From Proteromonas lacertae (Eukaryota): a stretch of DNA of 64,000 nt. The position numbers were made by a program, and so were the translations under genes. The stretch covers positions 124,001 through 188,000 of the forward strand of contig NGBS01001167.1 in assembly GCA_002245135.1 (NCBI GenBank), given 5' to 3'. A model generated the notes under the pieces. The model ran no database searches, had not been told where the DNA came from, and was given only the letters and a program-made list of their open reading frames with translations. This document shows, one piece after another, positions 1 to 13,600 of the stretch (positions are counted from its first letter, which is position 1; each line of letters starts with the position of its first letter).

Positions 1-1957
1 TATTTATTATACAAAGAATTTGATCCATTCTCTACTTCGCATTCTCCATTCACATTAAACCACAAATATGGTTTGTAATTAATATCAATATGATAAATAC
101 TATTTCGAATGTTTATTAACTCACAATAATCTTCTATACTCTTATTATAAAAGTAATATGATGGAAATCTAGAGATTTCAGGATGCATTCTGTATTGAAT
201 ATTCAATTGAATAGGTTTAATATCATTATTCTATTATTCATAACATATATAATAATAATAATCATTTATACTATTAATCTTTCAAATAAACTTCGATTGA
301 AATTTATATTTTGCATATACGGATTTGTGATTGTTGCATTTAATTGATTTTCATCTCCAACCATTATCAACGATTTATGATTTATATATAATGGAATTAA
401 AGTAGATGGTTCTGTTGACTATTCATATTATATATATTTATTAACAGATATACCATTGCACATTCATCCATTATTATTAATGGTAATGGAATATCTTTAC
501 TTATATTTTGAAGAAATTTATTGTAGCAACTACTAAAAGTACTACATATTATATCACTACTACTCATTTCATTATATATAAATTTACCTATCATTCTATT
601 ATCTTTACAATTCTATAGATATATATGATATTTAACTATGATGATATATATACATTTTCTTCTTTATATTCTTTTATTAATCTCTATATATATTATTATA
701 TTATTTATATCATATAATATATATATATACATTCAATTCAAAACAATTACATTCTTCATCATCACTATTTCCAAGTCTTAGGATTTTGGGTAAATAAACA
801 TTTCCATTAGATAATTCATAATGACTATTCATTTGTTTTAATATATTATCAATTGCTATATTCGTTGGACTACATACTAAAATTGGTCTTTTATGATTCT
901 ATCAATAAACATAAATAATGGAATTATACAATCAATATTTCTATATAATATCTCAGTAATGAACATATTGTACTTGTTTTACCTGTTCCTGGAGGTCCTC
1001 TTATCAATTCAATATTGTTATTATGTGACGATAAAAAACTGTTGTATTGAGAATCATTCAATCCATTTAAACACTAAATAATTATCATTTTTATATTCAT
1101 ACTTTGTATTTTTTATATTTCTCTCTATCTGTTCTTTCATTATATTGTGTTTTATACATTGATGGTTTAAGAATATATTTTATCTCACTTATATTTTCAC
1201 TATTGTTTAGTATATTCATCTCTCTTATATATGTTGTTAAATCACTACAATAATATATTCTCAATGTTATATTATTACTATCTTTATCATTACATCCTTC
1301 TTTTAAATATCTAAAAAATATATTGTCATAGAATAATCTATCATTATATATTATAAATGAATATTGTTGATATGATTGTTGTTTTTGCAATAACATGAAT
1401 TTGGGATATTCTTTATTATTCTATATATATATATATATAATATAAAATAAATCATACAGATGTTGATATTAAGAATAAACTATTTGGAAGTAATAATTTA
1501 GTATTGACTTCTTCAGAAAACTAAACATTAATCATATGATTATATACACAAACACATATTTCAATGTAGTTTTTATCGTCATCTCTTTCTGATACTGAAT
1601 AACTCACTGGAACTAGAAAAGCTTCTTCATTTATTGTCAAAAGCTTTGCTTTCAATGAAGATATTAATTCTTGCTCATTGCATAAACAAAATATGTTTTT
1701 ATATATTTCTATACTAGCTACAGTCATATTTACTCAAATACTTTTCAAATTCATTTGGTATTGATCTCAAACTATTCTTTTGTAATAGTGAATCAATCTT
1801 TGATAAATAAATGGATAAATCAGAAGAAATAAGAAAACTAGGAACAATTTGGAGGAATTCGTTCACATTGGTTGTTGTATTACCATCATTCTATTGAATT
1901 TATATTAATGAGCAACATTACATTCTCATTTTCTTCTTCATTCTCTTCTAATTCCAT
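1..1957 (-). CDS. Sen1/Upf1-like superfamily-1 helicase, multi-exon, runs off the left edge
   Basis: Spliced translation gives Walker A ELIRGPPGTGKTST (~970-1010), IIMDECAM-STEPSTLIP, MVGDENQL, SLFERL and LNIQYRMHPEIS. ATG at 1957; short GT-AG introns. Confidence 0.85.
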
Positions 1958-2034
1958 TTTTAATTATTTATGAAACGAATATATTTTTGATTTTTAAAAA
2001 CACAATGATATAAACAACTATTACTATTAATTTA

Positions 2035-3288
2035 TCAAAAAGGAGGATTTGGAAAATGATCTATATGTAAATTAGATATTAATTCAGTATTGTAAATTGG
2101 TTTAGGAAGAAGGTTTATATTTGATTGTTTTTTATATTGTTGCTGATTTTTCTTCATATCTTCATTCAATATTATATCACTTTTATATTTTGATGGTAAG
2201 GATATTAGAGTGTAATATTTATTTCCAATATAAGAATTACTTATTGAATAAACGATTGGTATTGATTTATTCTTTCCTATTTTTATCTCTCTTAATAAAT
2301 AACATTTCTCTTTCATTTCTTTCATATTTCTATTATTGGATAGAGATATATTCTTTTTTGTATTGTAATTCATATTTTTATTCACTTTTATATTATTCAA
2401 TTCTTCTTTGTGTTTCTTTAATTTATCATTCAATTGATTTATATTGATTTGAGGTATTTCTATATTCTCTTTTTCTATTGAATCTAATGATACACAATTT
2501 AAATCTTCATAATTTATCAAACTGAAGGATTCAGACACATAATCATTATTTTCTATTGAATTAATACTATTGGAAAAATAATTATCTTTTCTTATATTAT
2601 TTATATTCATCATTTTTGATTGAGTTGGATTTATTATTCTTACATTCTATTATTAATATAACATTAATATATATATATTCATACATTATATTTATTTACA
2701 TAATTACATTTGTAATATTCTTCAATTTCTTTACAACTTTCTTTATACATCATTATCTCATTTAAATATACTTGTGGTCCACCATAGGAGGAATTTAAGG
2801 TTATTATTATATATTCATCATTACATATACACACTTCAGGAATATTTAATATAAAATAGCATACATCCAATGGTAAACTATATTCTAATCTTACTCTCAA
2901 TTCATTTGAAGATGAATATAATGACATTTCTATATCTTTTGGATTACAACTGTGTTTATTCCAACAATATAAAACGATCTATGATATTTTTATCATAATA
3001 TAACAAATATACACTGTTAATTATTATTATGCGATTGGTTTTACTTGATTTTTTGGTTAGTACTATGTTTTGAGGAAATTCTGTTGAAGATAGCCAAATA
3101 TTCTAATTATAATACTAAATTTGATATACTTTATTATTTTTATATAATATATTATCTGGATAACATGTCTTTGTGAAAGAAGAAGAAGAAATCTACATAT
3201 TTACAATAAATATTATTACATTGAATATATCTGATTTAGCATAATCAAAATATTCTAATTGTTTGTTTGAATAACTGTTGTGAATCAT
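2035..3288 (-). CDS. Hypothetical multi-exon protein
   Basis: ORFs 2035-2613 and 2679-2927 plus upstream exons joined by short GT-AG introns; ATG at 3288; no recognisable motif. Confidence 0.45.
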
Positions 3289-3465
3289 TAAAAATTCAAA
3301 AAAAGAGAATTGGGTTATCCAAAATTTTTGAAACCACATTTTATTTTTATTTTTTATTTTATGGTATAAATCATAAATAACATCAAAAAATAATTAAAAA
3401 CACCTCTTACTTTTGATTTTGGATAGTTAGAGTATAAAATATTTAATCCATTTGAATTAATGTTT

Positions 3466-5001
3466 ATATTGCCTGTAATATCATTGATTCATCATTTAAA
3501 TCCATGAATCTAAGATTCAATTCATTCTCTTTGTTGATTAATAAGTGTAAATATGGAAGTAATAGACTAAAACCTTTTGGAACCAATTGGATTATCTATT
3601 TAAATATAATACAAAAAGAATAAGAAAATACATGATAGATTAACATATTTCAATTTCAGTAAATGGAATTGATTTGATGAAAGATTCAATGAAATTAGAA
3701 GTAAGATTACATTTTGATAAATCTAATTCTCTTAAATTTGATAGTTGAGAAAAACATAATCCAAATGAAGATTGATATTGGAGTGGATAACTAACATCTA
3801 AATATACAGAAATGGTTTGAATTATACTAAAAATGAGTTTCTTTGGATTGATATTCTGAAAAATAATTAATAACATTTGAATAAATTCAAAATAAAACTG
3901 TGAATATAAAACATCATATCATCTAAATAACAATCTAATCTTTCTTTACAGTTGTGATGAATCTGAAATTTCAGTTTATCTTTTATTGATTTATCTTTTT
4001 TGTTTAATTTCATCATCAATAATATTGATAATATTCTTTCATTTGGTTTATTATTGTAAGATTTTATCATATCATCTCGAATATTTTCCCATTTATTGTA
4101 TTGTAGATAATACTCTGATGGAAATAATATTGGCAAAACTATAATTGATAAATCATTATTATATATTATTTCTTTTCTTTCTTTATACATCATCAAATTA
4201 TTATTTCTGTCTCTCAATATCTCATTCTATCTTCACTCTTCACTTTCAACATTCTTTTTATCATTTCTTTCATTTCATCACATTCTATATCAAAACTGTA
4301 ATTACATCTCAGTATATTATTCATTGTTTTAATCACACTATTATCTTCATTGAATGGTAATTTCTTATTTATCATTTCATATAATATACAACCAATTGAC
4401 CATATCACACTTCTCTCATTACATTCATATCCATTCAACTCTTCTGGGTTTTTAAAACATATATCATATATTCTCATTTCTTCTTCTTTTCTCAATATAT
4501 TCAAGCATAAATCACATATCTTTATTTTATCATCATCTTCATATATTATGTTACTACTCTTTAAATTACTAACCACTATATCAAATTCACTCAATACCAT
4601 CACTATATCACATATTGAATATATCACATCGCAAATTTCACCTCCTGTAAAGGATTTACTATAAATTATCTCTTCTAAATCTCTAAAGTAATATTTTCTT
4701 TCTAATAATATATATTTACCATATTTATTCACTTGAAACACTGTTGATGGATAGATGAAAGAGAAACAACAATCTGATAAAAATGAGTTATTTTCACAGA
4801 ATTCTGATATTCTTTTCTCTTTTATTTCCTCAATATTTAAGATTTTCATCATTTTAACATCATCTGCATACTCTAAAACTAAATCTATTTCATTATCTCC
4901 CTTTTCTACTCATTATTTCATTTACAATAATAATTCAGAGTAAATATTTGAGTATCAGGTGGTAAAAATGAAGATAATATATCATCTACAAAAGATTTCA
5001 T
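3466..5001 (-). pseudogene. Degenerate kinase-like + LRR gene, copy 1
   Basis: Kinase-fold remnants (VSNLKSSNII, KICDLCL, WSIGCILYEM) and LRR (LRELDLSKCNL). First-intron splice sites are mutated, TAA TGA lie in frame near 4908-4916, and there are several frameshifts. Confidence 0.7.
3476..4855. repeat. Direct near-identical duplication, copy A (copy B at 7691-9066)
   Basis: Sequences and ORF translations match almost exactly; flanks diverge. Confidence 0.95.
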
Positions 5002-5209
5002 TGAAAAAAGAATATTGGGTTATTCAAAATTTTTGAACCTAATTTTATTTTATTTTTGCTATTCAGTGTGAAATGAATAAGGTATAAGTATGTTGATATA
5101 TAATTTAGATTACTGAAGAAATAAAATTAGATGAAGGATATGACTAAAATACATACTATAATACATACTTATTCTATTCATTTAGGAAAAGTTATTAAAT
5201 CTTTTATAA

Positions 5210-6925
5210 TCATTTATTGCATATATTACAAAAGTAATTTAAACCTTCACTAACCTTTTCTCTTTTGCTATATGAAAAGCAGTTACACCACCAATAACAC
5301 TTATGTATATTCTCTTTGTTTAATAAATCTGCTTTTATATCAAATACTGAATTTAATAACACAGAAAACAACATTTGGATATTGGTATTTGACTTATCCA
5401 ATTCATCACAATTTTCTTCTTGAAATGGATTAGTTAAAGGCCAATGAAGATAAGAATATTTATTAAAACCATAATAATATTCAGAATTCTCTTTTAACTC
5501 ATCTCCTTCATATAAATAATACTTCGGTTTTCCTGCATTTCTGATGAATTGACAAGAAGCTTTCCATCCAATATTATTTCCTCTAAAAGGATATATAAAC
5601 CATTTACCACAAAATTCTTTTGATTTATCACATCTTAATCTTAACTGCAATATTTCATTATAACTATGAGAATAATATATATTCTTAGTAAATAATTTAT
5701 CACTACAAATATCAAATATAGTTTGATAATCCTTATTAATATCATCACTTTCACTACATATAACATCGTATTCATTGTTATTTGCATTGTTATTCTTATC
5801 ACTACATTTAGTAGTTGATAAAAACACTATATCCTTATCTGACGTTTTGCATTTCTGAATATTGCTATTCATATTGCTTATTCTTAATCCCTGGACTATT
5901 TTACAATATTCAACAAGATTCTTAACTACATCAATTGAATCCTTTTCATAAGCAGTTTCATTTATTGATGTTGGATGTAATAATCCTTTACACCATCCTA
6001 AATTAAACAAATTTGTTTTATCATAGTTAAAATACACTTCATAATCATACAATAGATTAAAATACAACGTATAATATGTATGTGGATAATAATTTAATTC
6101 TTTATTAAACTTTATAGTTGAATATAATGTTTTAAAATTAGGAGCAAATTTTATATTCTGTGGTTTATGAATCCATGTTTTATATAAATATTCACTTCCA
6201 TAATTATAAGAATATTCTATATTATCTGACATTAAATCAGATGGAATTGATTGACTATTACTCATAATCCATTTTTCAGCTGAATATCTATCACCATTAT
6301 AACCATTTAATCCAGTAGTATATCTTTTACCAAATATTGTATATTTTGGTTTTTTTAATGTTTTTATATAACTGCATTTCGACCACCACATATTGCCCGA
6401 GTAATGTCTATATGGAAGCAGTGAATATCTTGATCCACATACATCAGCACCATGAAATAGTTTCTTAATACATTTATGATAATTCTTTATCACATAATAA
6501 ATTAACATTCTTCTTAATTCACGATTCTCTCTAGTGTTGTGATATGAACCTTTGAAATGAATGTATAATACATAATCATCTTCATTCTCATCATCACTAC
6601 AATGTTTCATCATCTTTTCTAATACATTAAATTCATTAAAATTTGGTAAGATTTCAATACTCTTAAATCCATATTCATTTAACATTTCTTTTGTTTGTAC
6701 ATCTCTTGCAATAGATACACCTTTTGAATAGGTTAATAAACGACTAGAATTTAATACATTCATAAATTCTTGATAAACTAACGAATGTGGTGGTTTCCAT
6801 GCATTTAAAAATATAACTATATTATGTCTTTCTTGTAATAATTGTCTTCTTTTTGATTTTGACGAAAAGTGACATATTACCGTTATTGAAACAAATATTA
6901 TAATAACTATAAACGCATTATTCAT
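5210..6925 (-). CDS. Intronless type II membrane protein, glycosyltransferase-like (YxHxKG ... HYSGNxWW domain, internally duplicated)
   Basis: 571-aa ORF with N-terminal TM anchor, motifs YVLYIHFKG, HYSGNMWWSKCSYI and RYSAEKWI. Function is inferred. Confidence 0.6.
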   Translation of the reverse strand: MNNAFIVIIIFVSITVICHFSSKSKRRQLLQERHNIVIFLNAWKPPHSLVYQEFMNVLNSSRLLTYSKGVSIARDVQTKEMLNEYGFKSIEILPNFNEFNVLEKMMKHCSDDENEDDYVLYIHFKGSYHNTRENRELRRMLIYYVIKNYHKCIKKLFHGADVCGSRYSLLPYRHYSGNMWWSKCSYIKTLKKPKYTIFGKRYTTGLNGYNGDRYSAEKWIMSNSQSIPSDLMSDNIEYSYNYGSEYLYKTWIHKPQNIKFAPNFKTLYSTIKFNKELNYYPHTYYTLYFNLLYDYEVYFNYDKTNLFNLGWCKGLLHPTSINETAYEKDSIDVVKNLVEYCKIVQGLRISNMNSNIQKCKTSDKDIVFLSTTKCSDKNNNANNNEYDVICSESDDINKDYQTIFDICSDKLFTKNIYYSHSYNEILQLRLRCDKSKEFCGKWFIYPFRGNNIGWKASCQFIRNAGKPKYYLYEGDELKENSEYYYGFNKYSYLHWPLTNPFQEENCDELDKSNTNIQMLFSVLLNSVFDIKADLLNKENIHKCYWWCNCFSYSKREKVSEGLNYFCNICNK

Positions 6926-7198
6926 TTTCTATGTATATATTGAATTAATTCGTGGTATACTTACTCTATTCTCGAATACACAATTGTGTATGTATTAATA
7001 TGTATTTAAGTTCTACAGTTGCTAGAATGAAAATAAACAAAAATATTTATAGTATTGATAAAAATTATTATTTTAAATTAATATAGTTACATCCTCCAAC
7101 CATAATCTGAGCTTTTAAAGATAATAAGCCAAAAAAGACACATCTATCAAATTATATTCTTCATTTAGCCGTAATACATTTGCATATTTATATATCAT

Positions 7199-9222
7199 TT
7201 AATCGTAATTCAATTCACCTAATGATTGTTCAAAATTTTCATAAAACCGACCATATATTAATTTACCTTGTCCTCTTTTATCTTCAGGCATATTTGTTTT
7301 TTCAATTCCAAAATCATTTATTAGAATTGATTTTACATCTATTTCTGGACTAAGTTCATCACCATATGATCTTAACATATACATTAATAAGAATAAAAAG
7401 TTTAAATCACCTAAGTCCATAACTTCAGATTTTTCTTTACTATACCAATCCATATAATAATCTACTAATGCTTTATTGATTCTATCTATACATTCACTTC
7501 TTTGTTTCTCATTTTCAATATCACAAATATTTTCAATCCACAGTTGGGAGTGGATAATGTATAGATAAATTTCATTAATCTGTTCATATGAGTAATCTTT
7601 CACTTCTAGTATTATATTTCTGTTAATATTATTATTTCCTCTTAGATTTATTGTTTCAATATTTGGATATTTACATAATTCTTCTGATAATAATATCATT
7701 GATTCACCATTTAAATCCATGAATCTAAGATTCAATTCATTCTCTTTGTTGATTAATAAGTGTAAATATGGAAGTAATAGACTAAAACCTTTTGAACCAA
7801 TTGGATTATCTATTTAAATATAATACAAAAAGAATAAAAAATACATGATAGATTAACATATTTCAATTTAGTAAATGGAATTGATTTGATGAAAGATTCA
7901 ATGAAATTAGAAGTAAGATTACATTTTGATAAATCTAATTCTCTTAAATTTAATAGTTGAGAAAAACATAATCCAAATGAAGATTGATATTGGAGTGGAT
8001 AACTAACATCTAAATAAATAGAAATGATTTGAATTATACAGAAAAAGAGTTTCTTTGGATTGATATTCTGAAAAATAATTAATAACATTTGAATAAATTC
8101 AAATAAAACTGTGAATATAAAACATCATATCATCTAAATAACAATCTAATCTTTCTTTACAGTTGTGATGAATCTGAAATTTCAGTTTATCTTTTATTGA
8201 TTTATCTTTTTTGTTTAATTTCATCATCAATAATATTGATAATACTCTCTCATTTGGTTTATTATTGTAAGATTTTATCATATCATCTCGAATATTTTCC
8301 CATTTATTGTATTGTAGATAATACTCTGATGGAAATAATATTGGCAAAACTATAATTGATAAATCATTATTATATATTATTTCTTTTCTTTCTTTATACA
8401 TCATCAAATTATTATTTCTGTCTCTCAATATCTCATTCTATCTTCACTCTTCACTTTCAACATTCTTTTTATCATTTCTTTCATTTCATCACATTCTATA
8501 TCAAAACTGTAATTACATCTCAGTATATTATTCATTGTTTTAATCACACTATTATCTTCATTGAATGGTAATTTCTTATTTATCATTTCATATAATATAC
8601 AACCAATTGACCATATCACACTTCTCTCATTACATTCATATCCATTCAACTCTTCTGGGTTTTTAAAACATATATCATATATTCTCATTTCTTCTTCTTT
8701 TCTCAATATATTCAAGCATAAATCACATATCTTTATTTTATCATCATCTTCATATATTATGTTACTACTCTTTAAATTACTAACCACTATATCAAATTCA
8801 CTCAATACCATCACTATATCACATATTGAATATATCACATCGCAAATTTCACCTCCTGTAAAGGATTTACTATAAATTATCTCTTCTAAATCTCTAAAGT
8901 AATATTTTCTTTCCAATAACATATATATACCATATTTATTCACTTGAAACACTGTTGATGGATAGATGAAAGAGAAACAACAATCTGATAAAAATGAGTT
9001 ATTTTCACAGAATTCTGATATTCTTTTCTCTTTTATTTCCTCAATATTTAAGATTTTCATCATTTTTAACACTTTGACATCATTTTTGAGTTGAACAACT
9101 AAATCTACTTCACTAACACTCTTTTCTTCCCGTTCTTTTATCTACATAAAATAATTTAATGAAAATACTTTAGTATCAGACAGTAATATTGTTGATAGTA
9201 ACTCATCTACGAAAGAATTCAT
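7199..9222 (-). pseudogene. Pseudokinase + LRR gene, copy 2 (frameshifted; pseudogene or assembly error)
   Basis: Intact first exon and intron (ATG 9222); kinase-like ORF 8425-9072 lacking HRD and DFG; LRR ORFs 7810-8088 and 7199-7735; frame breaks near 8425 and 8099. Confidence 0.6.
7691..9066. repeat. Direct near-identical duplication, copy B
   Basis: Matches 3476-4855. Confidence 0.95.
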
Positions 9223-9227
9223 TTTAT

Positions 9228-9244
9228 AAAAATATAGTCGTTTC
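9228..9244. promoter_or_regulatory. Candidate upstream element AAACGA(C/A)TATATT
   Basis: Also at 1973-1988, 18987-19004, 30853-30866, 34920-34934 and 38936-38946, each intergenic and close to a start codon. Confidence 0.5.
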
Positions 9245-9373
9245 AGAATTCATTTTTCTGATTTTACATAGTAATATAAAGCATTGATTCTAAAATAAAC
9301 AATCATTCAAACATCAATTTTAACATCTTGTCAATCAATATATAAAAAATATACATATAAATAAACAAATAAT

Positions 9374-10513
9374 TCAATCACACACAAAATTATATTCTTC
9401 TCTCTTCTTTCTTGGCCATCCTGTTAGAATTTTCAATACTTCATTCTTTCTTTTCTCATATTCTTTATTCTCATTCTTCAACTCCATATAATTCAATCTT
9501 TTATCATCTTTCATTATTATATCATTATACATTTGTAATGTTTGTAAAAATGAATATCTACATAATGAACTTTTATTATTTTTCATATCTCTTTTATTTC
9601 CTCCTTCTTTTATTCCAGTTTTACCATTTATTATTTCCATTTTATTACCAATTGTATAGATTATTGATAAATTACTTGATTTTATATCATCTATTTTATC
9701 TTTTCCATTATTCTTTATTACTTCTTTTTCACTTTTATTAAACAATATATTTGTATGAATGATTGTTGGTTTATTATTTGTTGATATTCTTTCATATATT
9801 CCTCTCTTCATTGCTTTATCATTGAAATTATCACCAATTATATATGAATCTATTGTTATTCTTTCAAAATATTTATTTAATATATTTCCTTCTATTCCTA
9901 TTTCATTCCATAAACACATTTTATCACTACAACTAACACAATCATTCTTTTTACCTCTTCCTGGTTTCAATCGTAGTTTACCGGTTATATATAAATTATT
10001 TATATCAATTTTATCACTTTTACTATCACTCATTACTAATCTAGCTCCTGTTCTGTGCATTTTGTCATATTCTATTTTACTTCGTTTTCGAGGTGGTTCT
10101 AACTCATCATTCTCATCTTCAAAGATACTACAATCACCACAAGGACTTTGACTAATATACAAATACAATTTTACATCATTCTTTACTTTAAACTTATCTC
10201 CGACTTTTTCAAATATATCTGGCTCTATTGATGTTTTTTGTGCTGTTTTCAATAAATAATCATAACAATACTTCATGAAACCTCTTCTTACAAGAATTTC
10301 AGCATGACAGTCACTAATTACAAATCCATTACACACATCTTTATGACTAAGACATTTTGTACCACTACATAAACATAATAAAGTATATTTTGAATTGAAT
10401 TCACAAATTAAACCACTTAGGATAGTCCATTCATTCTTTTTTAGTTTTCTATCAAATAACAATTCTTTGTATTTATCATTACATAACTTTGCAATTTCAT
10501 CATACTTATTCAT
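9374..10513 (-). CDS. ADAT1: tRNA-specific adenosine deaminase 1 / ADAR-type deaminase domain without dsRBD
   Basis: Motifs SGTKC, DCHAEIL, SQSPCGD, LRLKPGRG, SCSDK; intronless 379 aa. Confidence 0.85.
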   Translation of the reverse strand: MNKYDEIAKLCNDKYKELLFDRKLKKNEWTILSGLICEFNSKYTLLCLCSGTKCLSHKDVCNGFVISDCHAEILVRRGFMKYCYDYLLKTAQKTSIEPDIFEKVGDKFKVKNDVKLYLYISQSPCGDCSIFEDENDELEPPRKRSKIEYDKMHRTGARLVMSDSKSDKIDINNLYITGKLRLKPGRGKKNDCVSCSDKMCLWNEIGIEGNILNKYFERITIDSYIIGDNFNDKAMKRGIYERISTNNKPTIIHTNILFNKSEKEVIKNNGKDKIDDIKSSNLSIIYTIGNKMEIINGKTGIKEGGNKRDMKNNKSSLCRYSFLQTLQMYNDIIMKDDKRLNYMELKNENKEYEKRKNEVLKILTGWPRKKREEYNFVCD

Positions 10514-10670
10514 GATGAATAAAAGACGAAAATAAATGTTAAATAGGTTTGATTACTTGGTTTGATTTTCTCATTTTCTTTCTTTCCTTTTTTCTCAAGT
10601 AAATGAAGTTTCATGAAAAAAATATGATAATTCAAACATAAAACCCTACTAAAAACAAAATACATATAAT

Positions 10671-13600
10671 TTATAATTCAATTTGTTCTTTAATCTTATT
10701 CTGTAGATCTTTCAACTCGGTTATATCATATCTATACTTTTTAATCAAATCAACATATGATAATTCTTCTCCATTCAACATCTTACTTTCAAATTCTTCA
10801 GATTTCTTTTGAGCTTCTTCTATTACAGATGGAGGTAATTTAGCAATTCTAGCAACATTCATACCATAGCTTCTAGGACAACTTCCACTTTTTAACTTAT
10901 ACAAAAATACTATTGACATAATATTATAAATTGATTATATACTCAATGATTCTTCTTCAGAATCTTCATTTGTAATGCAATCCATGTGCTGTAAACTAAT
11001 GTTAGGATCATTACTAAAATCTTCAACTAATGAATGATAATGAGTTGAAAATAATGTTAAACATCCAATTCTTTCAGATATATACTTTAACGTAGAATAG
11101 GCTATTGCTGTTCCATCATATGTAGAAGTACCTCTTCCCAATTCATCAATAATAACAAGTGATTTCTCAGTAGCATGAGATAATATAGTGGATGTTTCAG
11201 ACATTTCAACATAGAATGTAGATTGTCCAGCCAAAATTTTGTCACTAGCCCCAATCCTTGTGAATATTCGATCTACTGGTGTTAATTGGCAAGATGATGC
11301 TGGTAGATAACATCCTAAATGTGCTAATATCACTAATACACAGGTTTGTCGAAGTATTGTTGATTTACCACCCATATTTGGACCAGTCAATAACATACAC
11401 TTTGAATCTATAAATAAATAAATAATTAATAATAATATACTATTGGATTCTTCTACACCCAATGCAATATCATTGGATATAAAATCAGATTTTGAATAAG
11501 TCTCAATAACACAAGGATGTCTAGATTCAGTAACTTTGAATAAAGGTTTATTATTAGATTTAACAAACTCTGGTCTACACATTTCCCCTCTGTTATCTCC
11601 TTCAGAAGAAACAATAGAAAAACTACAAAGTATATCTAACTGTGATAGAATAGATAATAAAGAATTCCATATTTCAGAATTCTCACAGAATTTAGCAAAT
11701 AGTGTTCTAATGGTATTATTTAATGCAATATCTCTTTTTTCTTCATTTGCTAATATCCCATCAAATTTTTCATTTATGAATTTAGTTTTATATCTTCTAA
11801 ATCCTTTCTTTTGCGATGTTAATATATAATCATCAGGAAGTTTATTACAGGAAGATTCTGGTACTTCTAATTGGTATCTATCTTTACCTTTTCCAAAATA
11901 TACTATTCTATTATTATTTAATATTTTTCTTTGTTTTTGTAAATATTCTTCTAATTCTTCCTCATATTGATGTATTAACTCTATTGAACTATCATATAAT
12001 TCATCAACTCCTTTATTTGGCTTGATTTGACCTGTTAACTCGGCTTGTTTATGATCAAATGCTCTATCAAAGAATAATAAAACATGTTGATAATTTGGAA
12101 ATAATTCATTGTCAGTAGATATTATTTTCTTATCATCAGGTGATTTTACTAATCTTTTCAACAATTCAGATTTCATTTCTGGAAAAATCGAAGAAAATAT
12201 TTCTGGAATTTTCTGAACATTTTTAAATGCTGTTATTGTCTTTAAGAATGTAGATATTTTCTGTTTATTATATTTAATTTCATCTTGTAATATAGCTCTT
12301 AAATCAGGATGACTTGGATGGTACTTTAAACAACCAATTCCATTTAATTGAGCCAGTGATCTTTCTAAGTCAGGTAATTGCTTTAATATATTTTGTAGAG
12401 ACTCTCTTTCATGTGGATAATTCATTAAATCTTCAACTGAATCAAGTCTCTGATTAATTACATCAACATTCCTAGGTGGATTACAGATAATACTCTTTAA
12501 GTTTCTTTTGCCAAATAATGTCTTGCAATGATCTAAATAGTGATATAATGTACCAGCTGAATCATTATTCATGTTATTATTAAATAATTCTAAGTTTTGT
12601 ATTGTTATTCCATCCATTATTACTGTTTCTTCATTATTTAAGTTGTTTAATGAATTTGATATTTCTTTAGTTACATTATTATTATTATTATGTGTTAATG
12701 GTGGTGGTGTAAAATATGATATATTCTTCATTGACATTACTTGATAATCAATTACACAATAATGTAAATAGAATAATAATCCACCAAATGATCTGATTGA
12801 TACTTGATATTCCTCTTTAAAACTATATATATTATAACAAATAATAATATATTTATATATTTATACTCTGTTTTATATTCATTCAATAAATCTATCAACT
12901 GTTTTGGCCATTTATTATCTCTATTATTCTCACTAACAAAATATCTCTCTTTATTAATAATTTCAACTACTTTCTTAGTAGTGTAATAATTACGTAAATT
13001 GATTTCAGTATATGCAGCATTAGGCACTTCATATTTAATTATTGACATTGTATTATTACTTATATTATTTCTATCAAATAATATTTCAGATGGATGTATT
13101 TCTATTATTAATGTTCTAAGTATTGATTTTTGGTCATTATCTATAAATTCAGTCATTTTTATCATTCCTGAGGCTGTATCACTCCAACATAAACCTATCT
13201 TATCTCTATCTTCATAGATTGATAGTAAATATAAAGGTTCAATTGATCTCTTATAACTATCATCATGAACAGTGTATATTTGAGTTCCTTTTGAAACGAT
13301 ATTACATATTTCTCTTTTTACACATTTATCTTTCTTTCCACTGGATTTGGAGTTTCTTTCTTTTAACATTAAAGGTGTTTCAGTTTGTTCAATTCTTGCA
13401 ACTCTATAACCTGCATCGATTAATTTTTTAGAATATTTTGGATAAGCAGGTTCAGGAAAACCAGCATGAGCAAATTCACCTTTCATATATCTATACATAA
13501 TGAATAATAAAATATAAATATACATTAAACCCAATTCTTTCACTGCAATATCTGCATCAAAATGATATAATTCATAGAATTTACCCAACTAAATAATGAT

